From contig OZ242010.1 of NCBI GenBank assembly GCA_965204745.1, positions 4,576,001-4,640,000 on the forward strand: a stretch of 64,000 nucleotides of DNA, read 5' to 3'. Position numbers and translations under genes: made by a program. Shown one piece after another: positions 40,545-51,526 of the stretch (positions are counted from its first letter, which is position 1; every line of letters starts with the position of its first letter). The notes beneath the pieces were generated by a model. That model was not told where the DNA came from. It ran no database searches and saw only the letters and a list, made by a program, of their open reading frames with translations. Origin of the DNA: Candidatus Latescibacterota bacterium. Its GTDB lineage: Bacteria; Latescibacterota; UBA2968.

Positions 40545-42592
40545 TCAAGGTCGCGCCCCTCTGTGCGTGCGCGTGGATCGTGCGAGGAGCATCTCCGCGC
40601 CCATCAGCAGCAGGGCCATCCCCAATAGCCATCGCCACAATTCGCGCCCGTGCCGTTGGGACAAAATCGCCGCCTTCAAATCATCCTCGGCATCCACAAC
40701 GCGCACCTTGCCAAATAGCGTCTCGAGACGCGCCATCGGCACAGGGGTCAAATCCGGTTCGCGCTCATCCACCTGCACAGCAAAGCGATCTGACAATCGC
40801 TCGCGTGCAAAAATCTCCCACAGGCCCGGCGCATCCACCACGCCTATGGGCCACGCGGATTGCAAGCGTTGCGGCCAAATCGTCTTTGGCTCTCGGCCCG
40901 GCGCACGCAAAACCGCTTCTGATGCCTCTGCGTCCCGAATCTCTCGCTGCACCACTTGCCCCACGCGATAGTCGGAACGCCCAAAGGTGCCCGCGGCCAA
41001 ATACCCGCTTAGGCGATGTACAAACGGCACGAAAAAGCCGGACAGGGGAGCGTCATTCCAGCCCAAATTCGCGCTGGCCGACGACGCGAACAGTGCCACG
41101 CGCCCATTGCCCTTGCGCGATTCGAGAAGCGCGGCCGCGCCCGATGTAAAGGATAACACCGGCGAGACATTTTCCCCGGCCCGTACCCGATGCGCGAAAA
41201 AAAAGCGCGGGCTTTGAAACGCGCCCTCGAGGTCGAGACGCGCCAACATGGGATGATCCGGCAATACCGGTTGCAATGCCTGATACGCCCCGTCCCTGGC
41301 GCCGCGCGCGCCGAGCAACGTGGCCGGACAAAGCGCGGGCAACAACCGCTCGTTGTAATGCCGGATATCGACTTGATCCCCCAAAAAAATCGCCAGCCCC
41401 ATCCCGCGCGAAACCCGGTTTTGCAACGCGGCAATCGCGCCCTCTGAAAGCCGAGCGACATTGCACAAAAACACCACATCCACGCCCTCCAACGTCTGCT
41501 CTGTGATGCGGTCGGATTCTGCTTGAACCATCTCGGTCGAAACCACGTCCAACGCCTGCGCGAGATAATACGCCTCATCCGGCACATCTGCAACGAGCAA
41601 CACGCGCACTTGCTCGGGTACGTGCAACACGGTCACGCGCTCGTTGTCCGCCTCGAGATCGTCTTCCCCAATCTCCACGCGCAGGGCCACGTCCCCGCCG
41701 GTTTCCGGGACAAATGGCGCGTGCAATTTGCGACGCCCCCCGCAGGCACATGCGCGACATGCTGTGCGACGCGCCGATCATCCAAAAATACCTGCACGGG
41801 CACGGAGCCGCGATGCGACTCGCCGTAATTGATCAACTCGATCCCCAGCGTGCTCGATTGCCCGACCTGCAGCGCGCTGGCCTTGACCTGCCCAATGCCG
41901 ATATTGGCAACCTGCGAGGGCCGCTCCGCGATGATGTACACGGATATGCGGTCCAAATCCGCCAATGTATCCGGCAAACTCGCCCAGCCATTGGCCGCGC
42001 AATCCGTGACGCAATACAACTCGCGGTTGGGCATCTGCGACTCGGTCAAATACGACAACGCGAGTTTTACGCCCGGCTCAAAATCCGTGCTGCCAAACCC
42101 GGCTCGCAACGCATCCAGATGCAGCCGCAACCGCGCTGGCGAAACCACGTCGACCTCCTCAACCCCTTCGTCAACCAATGCCAGACGCACCTCGTCGCGC
42201 TCGTCGAACATCGCCAACAACGCCTGCACCCGCCGCAACGCACGCGCAAACGCCATCCCCTCGGCCGTGCGGTATTGCATGCTCAACGACCGGTCAAGCA
42301 AAATAACCGCCGCCGTGCCCGCATCGCCCACCTGCGTGCTCCCCCCGCTCAAAGTCGGCCGCGCAAACGCCAACACCAGCAACGCGATGAGCAGGGTTCG
42401 CAAAATGAGCAACATCAGTTGCTTCACCTTGATGCGCCGCATGCGGTCGTGCTGAAGCGTTTGCAACAATCCCACATTTGAAAACGCCACCGTTACCGTG
42501 CGCCGCCGATTCAGCAGATGGATCACCAGCGGCAAGAGAGCCGCCCACAGGCCGTGGAGCAGTACTGGATTTGTGAATGAAAGACCGAACAT
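40545..42592 (-). pseudogene. BatA/VWA-domain membrane protein split by a frameshift at a G6 run (real or sequencing error)
   Basis: N-terminal F.NP..L....LPLVIHL (BatA) and LLDRSLSM VWA motif; one extra G in the run at 41736-41741 joins the ORFs as ...HVPAGGRRKLHAPFVPE...; C-terminal ELWRWLL...EMLL. Confidence 0.72.
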
Positions 42593-42598
42593 TGGAAG

Positions 42599-42645
42599 GC
42601 AGTTGTCAGTGGTCAGTTGTCAGTTGTCAGTTGTCAGTTGTCAGT
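42599..42645. repeat. Heptamer tandem array (GTCAGTT)n upstream of the BatA-like gene
   Basis: About six units. Confidence 0.85.
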
Positions 42646-42811
42646 CCCCGCCTAGCCACGCCCAAAAGCAAGAGGGGAGAGGGTGGCCTTCTCACGTCTT
42701 GCCTCTCACCTCTCACCTTTTCTCAAGCAGGGACTGACGCCAATCGCTCCTAAAAATAAAAAAACCCGCTTCACAGCAAAGCAGGTGTTGAAATGGCAGG
42801 TGCGGCATCCA

Positions 42812-43273
42812 TCAGTATTTCTCGTCTTCCGCTTCGATAATCGCCAGGGCCTCCTCGTGGTCGCGGATATCGATCAAACGCTGTCGAAAATCCTCGCCCT
42901 TGAGCACTCGGGAGATGCGCGCCAGGGCTTTGATGTGCGGCCCCGAGACATCCAAGGGCGAGACCAAAAGAAAAAAAATGTAGGTCTTTTTGCCATCTAG
43001 CGCATCGAAATTGATGCCCTCGGATTTGATGCCCAGAACGCCCCCCAAGGACATGGCGTATTCCGACTTGCCGTGCGGAATGGCAATGCCGTGTCCGATG
43101 CCCGTGCTCATAATTTCCTCGCGGTACAACACCGCTTCGAGCACCTTATCGCGGTCGGTAATTTTGTCTCCGACTTCGAGGGCATCCACGAGTTCTTCGA
43201 GAATCTCCCGCTTGGTTTGCCCCTTCAGCCCAACAATGACCGATTTGCCCGACAAAATCTCCATCAACGTCAT
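42812..43273 (-). CDS. PTS IIA domain protein (fructose/mannitol/PtsN-like)
   Basis: REEIMSTGIGHGIAIPHGK, FDALDGK, HIKALARISR. Confidence 0.9.
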   Translation of the reverse strand: MTLMEILSGKSVIVGLKGQTKREILEELVDALEVGDKITDRDKVLEAVLYREEIMSTGIGHGIAIPHGKSEYAMSLGGVLGIKSEGINFDALDGKKTYIFFLLVSPLDVSGPHIKALARISRVLKGEDFRQRLIDIRDHEEALAIIEAEDEKY

Positions 43274-43491
43274 GAATGCCCTTCCTTCAAGCCTCACGAT
43301 GACGCACGAGCATCCCGCCCGCAGTGACAATCGGGAAAATAAGACGCCCATTCAATGAAGTCAAGAAAATTAAGGTTCGGATGAAAATGGAAAATCGCGG
43401 TCAATGTTTCATGTTTTCGCTTTTCATTTTTTGGATTTATTGGTACACTTCTGCGGTTTTGGGATCATCTCATTTATTTAGTGAGGTCGAA

Positions 43492-44703
43492 ATGGCACAG
43501 AAGAATTACAAAGTTCGCGCGGCGCATTGCAGTTGGCGGGCGTCAGAGGAGGAAATCTACCAGACGTTGCGGCGCATCACAGACCCATTGCACCGGTCGT
43601 GGGCGAAGTTGGAAAAAGCCGACCGAATCGTGATCAAGTTCAACATGATGAAGCCGCACAGCCGCATCATCTACTACATGGGGCGGCGGCGCGAGTTGGT
43701 CGACGACATGGTCGCGCGCGCTGTGTTGCGGTTGTTGCGCGAGCGAACCCGCGCTGATCTCATCGCGACGGATACCAACCCCTATACGCGCGAACATCTG
43801 ATGGGTGACGATTTCAACTACGCGCATCTCTTGAAAGAATACGATGTGGCATTCGTCGATTCAAACGCGCCGCCTTTCGCCACGTATGAGGTGCCGGGCG
43901 GGGGATGCATGTTTGACCGCTATACGCTCAGCGTGTGTTTTGAAGGGGCCGAGGTGGTTTCCGTGGCCAAGATGAAGAATCATCTGTTTATGGGAATCAC
44001 CCTGTGTATGAAAAACCTGTTTGGCCTGCCGCCGATTACGTTGCCACACGGCCGCGTGCGAACCTATTATCACCACTTTATCCGCCTGTCTTATGTGTTG
44101 CCCGATTTGGGATTGATCGCGCGACCGCGTTTGAACATCATCGATGCCCTCACCGGGCAATGGGGCCGGGAATGGGGCGGGCAGGGGCGCATCTGCAATG
44201 CCCTGATCGCGGGCGACCATGTGACCGCGACAGATGCATGTGCGGCCTCTTTGATGGGGCATGACCCCACCTCTGATTGGCCGACCCCGCCGTTTCGCCG
44301 AGACCGCAACCACCTGTTGATCGCGGCCAAGCGCGGTTTTGGCACGGTCGATCTACAAGAGATCGATTTTGAGAGCGAAGTGTCAGGGCCTTTAGCCGAG
44401 TTCGATTCAGAGCAAACAGACAGCGAGGAAATCGTGGAAAGCTGGCGCCGCACCACCTGCGAGCAAGCCCTGCTCTACCGAGACCGGCACCGGGATATCA
44501 TCGACCGCTACCGGAACGAATTTATCTTTTTGCAAGATGGGGATGTGGTCTGGCACGGCGCGGACCCCGCCAATTTGGGCAGCCGCAGACAGTTGAGCGG
44601 AAAAAAGAAGGATCAGGGGATGTGGCTCAAGTTGGTCGATCCCGAGGAGACCGAAGGGGAACGCTTTAAGCCCTACGAGGCGTGTTTGGGGTTGACGGGG
44701 TAG
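43492..44703 (+). CDS. DUF362-like domain protein
   Basis: IVIKFN, VSVAKMKNH...ITLCMKNLFG, LNIIDAL.G, AGDH.TATD; GAGG SD before ATG 43492. Confidence 0.75.
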   Translation: MAQKNYKVRAAHCSWRASEEEIYQTLRRITDPLHRSWAKLEKADRIVIKFNMMKPHSRIIYYMGRRRELVDDMVARAVLRLLRERTRADLIATDTNPYTREHLMGDDFNYAHLLKEYDVAFVDSNAPPFATYEVPGGGCMFDRYTLSVCFEGAEVVSVAKMKNHLFMGITLCMKNLFGLPPITLPHGRVRTYYHHFIRLSYVLPDLGLIARPRLNIIDALTGQWGREWGGQGRICNALIAGDHVTATDACAASLMGHDPTSDWPTPPFRRDRNHLLIAAKRGFGTVDLQEIDFESEVSGPLAEFDSEQTDSEEIVESWRRTTCEQALLYRDRHRDIIDRYRNEFIFLQDGDVVWHGADPANLGSRRQLSGKKKDQGMWLKLVDPEETEGERFKPYEACLGLTG

Positions 44704-44730
44704 AAGGTGACTACTGACGACTGACAACTC

Positions 44731-45438
44731 ATGATCTCCACTTGGCAACATCCTCCCGCACTACCCACTGCCGAAGCGAATGCAGCGCATGTCTGGGCCG
44801 TGAACTTGGATCGCATCGACGCGCAGGCATTGACCGAGACCCTGTCCGCAACGGAGCGCGAGCGGGCCGCGGGGTTGCGCGTTGCGCGGGATCGGGCGCG
44901 TTTTGTTGCGGCGCGTGGGAGTTTGCGCGTGATTCTCGGCAAGTACGCGGGTTGCGCGCCGGGGGAATTGGCGTTTTGTTACGGCGAATACGGCAAGCCC
45001 ATGTTGGCATCGCCGTGGGACGAGACCGAGTTGCGATTCAATGTGAGCCATTCGGCGGGCCTCGCGCTCATCGGCGTTTCGCTGGGCAGAGAGATCGGGG
45101 TGGATGTCGAGCATTGCGGTCGCACGGTCAGGCGGATGAAGCGCATTGCAAAACGCTTTTTTGCACCCCGCGACTACGAGCAGTTGTGCGCGCTGCCCCA
45201 CAAAGAACAACGGCGGGCTTTTTTTGTGTTCTGGACGCGCAAAGAGGCGTATCTCAAAGCCATGGGCACAGGGCTTGCCCGCGCATCAAAAAATGTCGAT
45301 TTGGGGCATTGGACGCTTCGGCATCTCGATCCCGGCGGGGGATATGTGGGCGCGGTGGCGATAGCGGGCAAAGATATGGACATCCAGGGCTGGATGAGTG
45401 AAACCCTTGTTGCGCGGTCTTTGTCTGAAAGGCGGTAA
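44731..45438 (+). CDS. 4'-phosphopantetheinyl transferase (Sfp/HetI type)
   Basis: YGKP, FNVSHS, IGVDVE, FWTRKEAYLKAMGTGL. Confidence 0.93.
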   Translation: MISTWQHPPALPTAEANAAHVWAVNLDRIDAQALTETLSATERERAAGLRVARDRARFVAARGSLRVILGKYAGCAPGELAFCYGEYGKPMLASPWDETELRFNVSHSAGLALIGVSLGREIGVDVEHCGRTVRRMKRIAKRFFAPRDYEQLCALPHKEQRRAFFVFWTRKEAYLKAMGTGLARASKNVDLGHWTLRHLDPGGGYVGAVAIAGKDMDIQGWMSETLVARSLSERR

Positions 45439-45626
45439 GAGGGAAGAGGCAGTAGTCAGTTGTCAGTAGTCAGTTGTCAGCCCCCACCCGACCACCCAAC
45501 CTGAAGTGAGCCACACGAGGCGATTAGCCACGAGCGGGATACAACTGGCGATAGCCCGTTCAAAGATGAGCAATATGTGTAGGGGCGGGCCCCTGTGCCC
45601 GTCCGAAGTGAAAAGCGAGAGAGGCG

Positions 45627-47843
45627 ATGGAACGGTTGTTGGACAGTGTGGATGAAAAATTGGAGGCGTTGCGGCGCGTGTTGCCCAAAGGGGAGGAGGA
45701 ACTCATTCGCGTGCAGGCCGATTTGGATGAAAAGGGCGATTTTGGCACGCAATGGGTGGTCGTCACGGGCAATCGCGTGTTGGTGCAGCAAAATGGCGCG
45801 GTGCAAGACATTCCGTTTGCGGAAATGGCGCTGGCGCGCACCGAGGCCCTGGTCGGCGGTGCGCGGTTGGAGATTCACCGCAAGAATGGGCCAAGCGTGC
45901 ATGTGCCCTATTCCATGACGCAGGCGCAAAAATTCTCCGAGACCACGCGGGGCATCGAGCAACTCCGCAAGGAACAGGCCCTGTTCATCAATGCGAACCT
46001 GGATCGCACGCGGTGCGAATCGTGCGGGCGGTTGTTGCCCGAGAAAAACGGGATCTGCCCGGCGTGTTTGAACAAATGGGCGACATTGGGGCGCATTGCG
46101 TCTTATTTGAAGCCTTACAAAGGACGCGCGGTCGTGCTGGCACTCGCGTCCATTGTGGCGACGGTTGCCGAGTTGATCCCGCCCCTAGTGACCAAGCGCA
46201 TTGTCGATGACGTGCTGATTCTGCCAGAAGGCACAGAGGTGCTGTTAGACGACCGCTTTGGGTTGCTCGGCATGCTCGTCCTCGCGCTGGTGGGCATCCG
46301 CTTGGTGACGTGGGGCGCGGAATGGGCGCACGGGTGGACCGTGACCTGGCTTTCCGCGCGGGTGACAGCGGATATCCGCAGCCAACTCTACCGGCAGTTG
46401 GAATTGTTGTCCTTGCAATTTTACGACAAGCGGCAAGTGGGCGCGGTGATGTCGCGCGTGACGAGTGACAGCAATCGCCTACAGCAATTTTTGGTGGATG
46501 GCTTGCCCTATTTGGTGATCGAGGCCATGATGTTGGTGGGCATCCTCATCGCGTTGCTGATGATGAGTTGGTCGCTGGCGATTCTGGTGCTGATTCCCGT
46601 GCCCCTGATCATGATTTGGGGCTATGCGTTTTACCGGCGCATGCGGAAGTTTTTCATGCGTTGGATGCAGTCCTGGTCCGAGACGATGGCGCGGGTCAAC
46701 GAGGCCCTCACCGGCATTCGCGTGGTCAAGGCGTTTGCACAGGAAAAGCAGGAAATTGGCGTGTTCAAAAAGCGCAACGACAAATTGACGCGCGTGGGCA
46801 TTGCCACCGAAGTCAATCGGGGCATTTTTTACAAGACCATGACCCTGTTCACCGCGTCTGGGGTGCTGATCGTGTGGTATTACGGCGGGTTGGAGGTGAT
46901 CGACGGGGAGTTGACCTTGGGCACGTTGATGGCGTTTTACAGTTATATGATGTTGCTCTACGGGCCTTTGGAGTGGTTCGGGATGGTCAACTCCTGGATG
47001 ACGCGCGCAGTTGCCGGCGCCGAGCGCATTTTTGAAATTATCGACACCCCGACCGAGGCGTATCAAAATCCCAATGCCGTGCCCATGCCCCACATCAAAG
47101 GCCACATCGAGTTTGAGGACGTGACGTTTGGGTACGACAAGAGCAAGCCGGTGTTGCACGAGATCAACTTGGATGTCAAACCCGGGGAGATGATCGGCTT
47201 GGTGGGCAAGTCCGGCGTGGGCAAGACCACGACCGTGAATCTGATTTGCCACTTCTACGACGTGGATCGCGGCAGCATCGAAATAGATGGCGTGAATGTG
47301 CGCGATATTCGGCTGGAGGATTTGCGGTCGCAGATCGGCATTGTGTTGCAAGAGCCGTTTTTGTTTTCCGGCACGATAGGCGAAAATATCGGCTATGGCA
47401 AGCCGGGCGCGACATTTGAGGAGATCATGCAGGCGGCCAAGGCCGCGTACGCGCACGATTTTATTGTGACAAAGCCGGATGGCTACGACACGGTGATCGG
47501 AGAGCGCGGGGAATCGCTTTCGGGCGGAGAGCGGCAGCGCGTGTCCATCGCGCGGGCCATTTTGCACGATCCGAGCATTCTGATTTTGGACGAGGCCACG
47601 TCTTCGGTGGATGTGCAGACCGAGAAGCGCATCCAAGACGCGATCAGCCGCTTGGTCAAGGGCCGCACGACCTTTGCCATCGCCCACCGCTTATCCACCC
47701 TGCACAATGCGGATCGGCTGGTGGTGATGGATGCCGGGCGCATTGTCGAGATGGGCACGCACCGCGAGTTGCTCGAAAAACAAGGCGCGTTTTACAAATT
47801 GGTGCAACTACAAGAAGAGATTTCGCAGATCATTGCGATTTAA
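45627..47843 (+). CDS. ABC exporter (fused TMD + NBD) with N-terminal extension and CxxC...CxxC
   Basis: CESCGRLLPEKNGICPAC; GKSGVGKTT, LSGGERQR, ILDEATSS, IAHRLST. Confidence 0.9.
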   Translation: MERLLDSVDEKLEALRRVLPKGEEELIRVQADLDEKGDFGTQWVVVTGNRVLVQQNGAVQDIPFAEMALARTEALVGGARLEIHRKNGPSVHVPYSMTQAQKFSETTRGIEQLRKEQALFINANLDRTRCESCGRLLPEKNGICPACLNKWATLGRIASYLKPYKGRAVVLALASIVATVAELIPPLVTKRIVDDVLILPEGTEVLLDDRFGLLGMLVLALVGIRLVTWGAEWAHGWTVTWLSARVTADIRSQLYRQLELLSLQFYDKRQVGAVMSRVTSDSNRLQQFLVDGLPYLVIEAMMLVGILIALLMMSWSLAILVLIPVPLIMIWGYAFYRRMRKFFMRWMQSWSETMARVNEALTGIRVVKAFAQEKQEIGVFKKRNDKLTRVGIATEVNRGIFYKTMTLFTASGVLIVWYYGGLEVIDGELTLGTLMAFYSYMMLLYGPLEWFGMVNSWMTRAVAGAERIFEIIDTPTEAYQNPNAVPMPHIKGHIEFEDVTFGYDKSKPVLHEINLDVKPGEMIGLVGKSGVGKTTTVNLICHFYDVDRGSIEIDGVNVRDIRLEDLRSQIGIVLQEPFLFSGTIGENIGYGKPGATFEEIMQAAKAAYAHDFIVTKPDGYDTVIGERGESLSGGERQRVSIARAILHDPSILILDEATSSVDVQTEKRIQDAISRLVKGRTTFAIAHRLSTLHNADRLVVMDAGRIVEMGTHRELLEKQGAFYKLVQLQEEISQIIAI

Positions 47844-48502
47844 GAAGCGGGAAGAGGGGAGAGGGAAGAGGGGAGAGGGGAAAAGCGAAAAGCCGTGAAA
47901 ATGCCCGCTTCGCGTAAGAACACAGATGACGGGCAAAACGCACACGGCGGGGCAGGGCGAGGTAGGGCACGCACTTGGGCGGAGCGGCGGAATCAACTAT
48001 GGAAAAGAATGAGAAATCCTTCGACGCCGTGTGTATGATGCGCCAAATCAGGGATGCACTTGGCGAGCAATTCAAGGGAATGACTTTCGAGGAACAAAAA
48101 CAGTACATTGACAAACACCTCTACGGCAACGCGACACAGACGAGGCCAAACCCCGATTCTCGAAAGAACAAGAGACGCGATGAACAAACGCTTGGGCCTT
48201 CCGCCGAGCACGCGCATACAGGATTTTAGCCACGAGCGGGGTACAACTGGCGACAGCCAGTTCAAAGGCACAAAAGGCACAAAAGGGGTACAACTGGCGA
48301 CAGCTAGTTCAAAGGTGAGCAATATGTGTAGGGGCGATGCCCCTGTGCTCGCCCAAAGATACAAGAAGCGGGAAGAGGGGAGAAGCAAGAGGGGAGAGGG
48401 GAAAAGCGGGAAGACGCGAAAACGTCCGCTTCGCATAAGAACACAGATGACGGGCAAAACGCACACGGCGGGGCAGGGCGAGGTGGGGCACGCACTTGGG
48501 CG
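47843..48502 (+). repeat. Direct repeats of family D (47843-47982 and 48363-48502) enclosing a small ORF and a family C repeat
   Basis: Two ~140-bp near-identical blocks starting aagaagcgggaagagggg. Confidence 0.8.
47999..48229 (+). CDS. Small hypothetical protein
   Basis: MEKNEKSFDAVCMMRQIRDALGEQFKGMTFEEQKQYI; resembles short proteins often found beside PIN toxins (recollection, not verified). Confidence 0.5.
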   Translation: MEKNEKSFDAVCMMRQIRDALGEQFKGMTFEEQKQYIDKHLYGNATQTRPNPDSRKNKRRDEQTLGPSAEHAHTGF

Positions 48503-48531
48503 AGGTAGGACACGCACTTTTTGAGGTTCGC

Positions 48532-50820
48532 ATGACGCACGTATCGGAAACGCCATTTATCGAAGAACTCCCGCCCTCCGTCGCCGAGAAGTTGCGCGCG
48601 GCGACGCCCAATGGCGAGACCGTGTTGATGCAAGTGGCGACGGATTTGGATGCGGCTTTGAACTACAACCCGCAGTGGGTGGTAGTGACGGACCGGCAAG
48701 TGCTGGTGATTCCCGAATCCGGGGTGGATGGCGTCCTGTCGATGCCCATTGGCGAGGTCGCAGACGCAAGAGTGGAAGAGCGCGTGGGCATGGGCACCTT
48801 GGCGTTGACGCGCAAGGATGGGCCGGGGATCCATGTGCCGTATTCCCGATCCCTCACCGCCAAGTTCGCCGAGGTGGCCGATGGGATTCGGCAGTTGAAG
48901 GACGAAGAGCCCCTGGCCTTGCCCGTGGCCTTAGAGCAGACGTACTGCGAGCAATGCGGGCGGCGGTTGCCGGAAAAAGACGGGGTTTGCGCGGCGTGTT
49001 TGAAGAAGTGGCAGACGTTTAGGCGCATCGTGCGCTATATGGCCGCGTACCCCGTGCGCTTGGTGACGACGATTGCGATGACGTTGATCAGCGCGGGCTT
49101 GGCCCTGTTGCCGCCCAAGGTGACGCAATACGCGATCGACGGGGTGTTGTCGCCCGAATGGGCCGGGGTCGAGATTCCCTTGATCGCGTCAGAGGATCGC
49201 CTCCAGCGGTTGGGGTTGTTGATCTTGGGGCTGATCGTCATGCGATTGCTGATTTGGTGCGCGGACGTGGTGATGGAGATGTTGAGCCGTTCCCTGGGCC
49301 TGCGCGCGATTGGGGATTTGCGCGAGGATCTGTACCGAGCGTTTCAGTTGTTGCCCATTCGCTTTTACGACCGGCGCAAAGTGGGCGCGCTCACGTCCCG
49401 CATGACCAATGACACGGATCGCATGGAAGTGATCATGACCTATGATTTTTACTTCGTGTTTTCCAATACCCTGTTATTCATCGGGATTATGGGCTTTTTG
49501 TTTTTCATGAACTGGAAACTCACGCTGTTTGTACTCGCGCCCATTCCGCTGATCGTGTTGGCCGGAACCAAGATCTGGTATCGCATCATGACGTTTTGGA
49601 CGCAGTGGTCCGGCAAGTGGGGCAGGCTGTCCGCGCAGTTGAACGAGTCGATTCACGGCATCCGCGTGGTGAAGGCGTTTGCACAGGAAGCGCGGGAGAG
49701 CGAGCGGTTTGACCGACATAACGAAGACCTGCGCGACGTGGATACCCGAGGCGAGCGGGTGTGGTTTGTGTTTTGGACCGTGACCAATTTGTTCATGAAC
49801 GCCGGGGTGTTTTTCGTGTGGTATTTTGGCGGGCGGCAAATTTTGGGCGGCGAGTTGACCTTGGGCGCGTTGATGGCGTTCATCAGTTATTTGTGGATGT
49901 TGTACCAACCCCTGCGCTGGTTTGGCGATTTTTACAGTTATATTCTGCGCGCATTTGCCGGGGCACAGCGCGTGTTTGAGGTGATCGATTCCGAACCGGA
50001 GCCGTATCAAAAGCCGGATGCGGTTCGCGTGCCGCGCATCGAGGGCCAGTTGAAGTTCGAGTCCGTGGTGTTTGGGTACGACCCGGGCAAGCCCGTGCTC
50101 AAGGGCATCGATTTGGAGGTGAAAGCAGGGGAGATGATCGGGCTGGTGGGCAAGTCCGGATCCGGCAAATCCACCTTGATCAACATGGTGTGCAGGTTCT
50201 ACGACCCGGATCGCGGGCGGTTGTCCATAGATGGCGTGCCGATGACGGATGTGCATTTGCGCGATTTGCGCTCCCAAATCGGCATGGTGCACCAAGACCC
50301 CTTTTTGTTCGACGGCACGATAGCGGAGAACATCGCGTACGGCAAACCGGACGCGACATTTGCCGAGGTGATGCGCGCCGCAACAGCCGCTGAAGCGCAC
50401 GAGTTTATCGTCAAAAAACCCGATGGCTACGATATGCGCGTGGGCGAGCGCGGGGGCAGGTTGTCCGGGGGCGAAAAACAGCGCGTGTCCATTGCGCGGG
50501 CCATTTTGCACGATCCGCGCATTCTCATTTTAGACGAGGCCACGTCTTCGCTGGACACGCCGACCGAGCGGAAAATCCAAGCCGCTATCGCGCGCTTGGT
50601 GCAGGGCCGCACGACATTTGCTATCGCGCACCGCCTCTCGACCCTTCGCAGCGCGGATCGGCTAGTGGTGATCGACGAGGGCAATATCGCCGAGGTGGGC
50701 ACGCATCGGGAATTGATGGCACGCGAAGGCATTTTCTACCGCTTGGTCAAAACGCAACAAGAAACCACGCTGGATATCTTCATGACCGCGGTGGGAATAG
50801 AAGACGACCCTAGTCCCTAG
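48532..50820 (+). CDS. Second paralogous ABC exporter (TMD + NBD) with N-terminal extension and CxxC...CxxC
   Basis: CEQCGRRLPEKDGVCAAC; GKSGSGKST, LSGGEKQR, ILDEATSS. Confidence 0.9.
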   Translation: MTHVSETPFIEELPPSVAEKLRAATPNGETVLMQVATDLDAALNYNPQWVVVTDRQVLVIPESGVDGVLSMPIGEVADARVEERVGMGTLALTRKDGPGIHVPYSRSLTAKFAEVADGIRQLKDEEPLALPVALEQTYCEQCGRRLPEKDGVCAACLKKWQTFRRIVRYMAAYPVRLVTTIAMTLISAGLALLPPKVTQYAIDGVLSPEWAGVEIPLIASEDRLQRLGLLILGLIVMRLLIWCADVVMEMLSRSLGLRAIGDLREDLYRAFQLLPIRFYDRRKVGALTSRMTNDTDRMEVIMTYDFYFVFSNTLLFIGIMGFLFFMNWKLTLFVLAPIPLIVLAGTKIWYRIMTFWTQWSGKWGRLSAQLNESIHGIRVVKAFAQEARESERFDRHNEDLRDVDTRGERVWFVFWTVTNLFMNAGVFFVWYFGGRQILGGELTLGALMAFISYLWMLYQPLRWFGDFYSYILRAFAGAQRVFEVIDSEPEPYQKPDAVRVPRIEGQLKFESVVFGYDPGKPVLKGIDLEVKAGEMIGLVGKSGSGKSTLINMVCRFYDPDRGRLSIDGVPMTDVHLRDLRSQIGMVHQDPFLFDGTIAENIAYGKPDATFAEVMRAATAAEAHEFIVKKPDGYDMRVGERGGRLSGGEKQRVSIARAILHDPRILILDEATSSLDTPTERKIQAAIARLVQGRTTFAIAHRLSTLRSADRLVVIDEGNIAEVGTHRELMAREGIFYRLVKTQQETTLDIFMTAVGIEDDPSP

Positions 50821-50837
50821 CGTGCGAATCGGTTATC

Positions 50838-50955
50838 GGGACCTACCCCCCTAGCCCCCCTTCCTGCGAGGAAGGGGGGAACAGTGAGCGGTTTTGCGAG
50901 GGGATTGATGAGGGATTTTTACGCTTTATGCCCTCGCGCAACGCCATCAGAGCAA
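50838..50955 (+). repeat. Partial family A element
   Basis: gggacctacccccctagcccccttcctgcgaggaagggggga. Confidence 0.7.
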
Positions 50956-50989
50956 CCTAAGCCATCAAAGGAAACGAGAGGTGAGGAAG

Positions 50990-51526
50990 ATGGCAGAACA
51001 AAAAACAGAGGATTGGACGCCGATACCGATTGAGATGGTGCATCCGGAATCGGTGGAGCCGGGCAAAATTCGGTTGTTCAAAGAACCCGCGTGGATTTTG
51101 CGGATGACGATAGAAGGAGATCGATCCTATCTCCGCGTGAAAGTGGTTCGGGCCGCGCCGTTGACCGAGCCGAATCGCTACTTCTGCATTTTGGACAGCA
51201 AGGACGAAGCGATTTGCACGGTCAAAGACCTGTCCGAGTTGCCCGAAGCGAGTCGGCCCCTGGTTCATGAGGAATTGGACAAGCGGTACTTGACCGCGGA
51301 AATCCAGAAGATCGCGGCCTTGCAAAACGAATACGGCGTGACGTACTGGACCGTGGATACGGATCGGGGCCGCCGGGATTTTGTCGCCAAGTCCGTTGCC
51401 GAAAACGCGCAGTGGCTAGGGGATACGCGGGTCATGATTTTCGACGTGGATGGCAACCGCTTTGAAGTGCCCGACATCGAGGCCCTCGACCGCCGCAGCC
51501 AGGGGTTGTTGGAATCGGTGGTGTGA
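50990..51526 (+). CDS. DUF1854-like protein
   Basis: V.VVRAAPLTEPNRY, EELDKRY, YGVTYWTVDTDRGRRDF, IFDVDGNRF.I.D..ALD..S. Confidence 0.78.
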   Translation: MAEQKTEDWTPIPIEMVHPESVEPGKIRLFKEPAWILRMTIEGDRSYLRVKVVRAAPLTEPNRYFCILDSKDEAICTVKDLSELPEASRPLVHEELDKRYLTAEIQKIAALQNEYGVTYWTVDTDRGRRDFVAKSVAENAQWLGDTRVMIFDVDGNRFEVPDIEALDRRSQGLLESVV

